From Solemya velum (lineage: Eukaryota), in NCBI GenBank assembly GCA_048127485.1, contig JBHNWI010000006.1:46407358-46471357 (forward strand): 64,000 nt of DNA, given 5' to 3'. The position numbers were made by a program, and so were the translations under genes. Within the stretch, counting starts at the first letter, position 1, and each line of letters begins with the position of its first letter. The notes under the pieces were generated by a model. That model had not been told where the DNA came from. It saw only the letters and a program-made list of their open reading frames with translations, and searched no databases. This document shows, in pieces, positions 62,501 to 64,000 of this stretch.

Positions 62501-64000
62501 AACTATGTCATCCAATCTGGTATTCTTAGTCTGTATGTTTTGTAATTCCTACAGCCTGTACAAAATGGAAATCAAACCAATGCTGATCAAGGTCATCAAT
62601 TTTAGATTTATAGACTGACTACATGTGGCAGATTTACAACAATCATCTATATTTCGCTATGCTGAATGTAGGAAGTCCAAAGTACATGTATTTGGAAAAA
62701 AAGTGAAAAATTAAGAGTGCCGATATCCATCAACCAAGATATTGTTTTGGTGTGCTCTAAGGCTCAAATAATTTCTTTTTCTATGCTCGCCATGGTAGAG
62801 GTATTATGGGGGCACAGTTCTGTCTAAAATACAACAATCATGGTAGTCACACGAAATACCGTTAAGTTTTTTATCTCCTGCAAAACATTGAATTGAGCTT
62901 TGTCTGTCCTTCTGTGCATGTTCAGTTTCTAGGCTGGCTTATGAAAAACGATTAAGATATCTTAATGAAATTTGGTAGGTATATATACCAGGTATTGAAG
63001 TGATGCCTTTTGTTTTAACATTTCCTCATCATATATTTTCCTCGTTACCATGGAAACAAGTTTGAAGTCACCAAAAGTTTTGGTTTCGAACCACAACTAA
63101 AAAAACTATAAGATATGTTAATGAAACTTCATATGTATAGGTACCAAGTACTGAAGTGCTATTTGCTATTTTGACATTTCTGCATTATATACTTTCGGCG
63201 GTACTGTGGAAACAAGCTTGAAATCAAAAATTTTGTGTTTCCGAGCCAGAACATAAAAAACATTTAAGATATCTTAATGAAACTTAATATGTATATAAAC
63301 CCACTACTGTGTTATGCCCCCAGCATATATATACTGAATAGCAAAAGAAATGCAAAAAATATGGTGTTTCATGGTTGTGTAATTTTTTACCTTAATAGGA
63401 AGCAGTGCTATGTTTGACCTTAATAGTACTTACAGGACAATGTTTACGAGTGGCACAAATTGATTTTCATGGGAATAGTGCCCTCTCTTTGCATGGAACA
63501 CTCGTGTTAATGGTGTTTTTCATATATATGTTTCATGTGTTGTGTGGCAACATGTACAAGCAGTGCACAAATCTGGATGTTGGGTTGCGTTCATTTCAGG
63601 AAGGCGATAAAAAGCACAATGTTACATTTTGTAGCAGTCCAACAGAGGACACTAAAACCATGCCAAGACTTACACCTGAACATCATCTGCAGGTTGTTAT
63701 TTATTTAATATTGATGTCACCCCAACATATGCATGCTAGCTGGGTACCTGACTTTTATTTATGAATCTGATCATGGACATTTATGCGAAAAGGCTTAAGT
63801 GTTGTTCGTTTTTCTGTCTATTGTTCAATGTCCAGTTGCATGTTTTAAGTTGCATGTTATATTTCAACCCTATCCATTTTTATGTTAGTGAGAACAAAAT
63901 CAAGGTCAATGTTGCTATAAATATTTTTTTTGGTTTCCAGGCAATAACTTTAGTTGTATTTGTTGCTTGTTTGTTATAACCTATTGTTGGTTAGTTGATG

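Noticed and set aside
1-64000. Prokaryotic feature classes (operons, CRISPR arrays, sigma-factor promoters, rho-independent terminators, defence islands).
   Set aside because: The window clearly carries spliced eukaryotic genes with GT-AG introns, SINEs, LINEs and microsatellites. There are no direct-repeat/spacer arrays and no dense co-directional ORFs.

Overview
This window is eukaryotic (animal, probably a marine invertebrate) nuclear DNA, not prokaryotic. It contains multi-exon genes with GT-AG introns, tRNA-derived SINEs with (CCAA)n tails, LINE/LTR/DNA-transposon relics and microsatellites. Operons, CRISPR arrays and bacterial promoters do not apply, and I found no rRNA or bona fide tRNA genes. 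Coordinates were derived by hand and should be read as +/-2 nt; I noticed a local 1-nt indexing disagreement with the ORF track around 35.7-37.5 kb. (1) Positions 1-25141 hold the 3' two-thirds of a major vault protein (MVP) gene on the + strand. I resolved 17 coding exons with consistent phases, ending at a TGA at 25139-25141. Its largest intron (17988-22914) carries a 5'-truncated non-LTR retrotransposon in sense orientation (reverse transcriptase (RT), RNase H and a CCHC zinc finger, with one frameshift). (2) A five-exon gene on the minus strand (33790-38415, about 366 aa) encodes an unrecognised protein with reiterated S/T-x-Y-x-x-[DT]-[FY]-like motifs. Its sequence is CpG-rich, unlike the CpG-poor MVP gene body. 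(3) The rest is a transposable-element landscape. It includes a decayed Gypsy/BEL-like pol (29.3-31.8 kb, +), a second LTR-element pro-RT relic (57.3-59.6 kb, -), an L2-clade LINE 3' fragment (46.6-47.6 kb, -) and a CR1-type LINE tail (39.9-40.2 kb, +). A Tc1/mariner transposase relic (49.9-50.7 kb) is interrupted by nested insertions. Three copies of a new-looking ~250-bp MITE have perfect 5-bp target-site duplications (TSDs). A ~1.57-kb foldback/terminal-inverted-repeat (TIR) element (51.7-53.3 kb) and several smaller MITEs are present. At least four tRNA-derived SINE families are present, two of them sharing a conserved central core. Microsatellites include (GAT)n, (CCCTG)n and (AAT)n. The most promising novel object is the uncharacterised minus-strand gene. 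The most promising mechanistic observations are the 5-bp-TSD MITE family, the nested-insertion history at 47.9-51 kb and the sense-strand LINE inside MVP.
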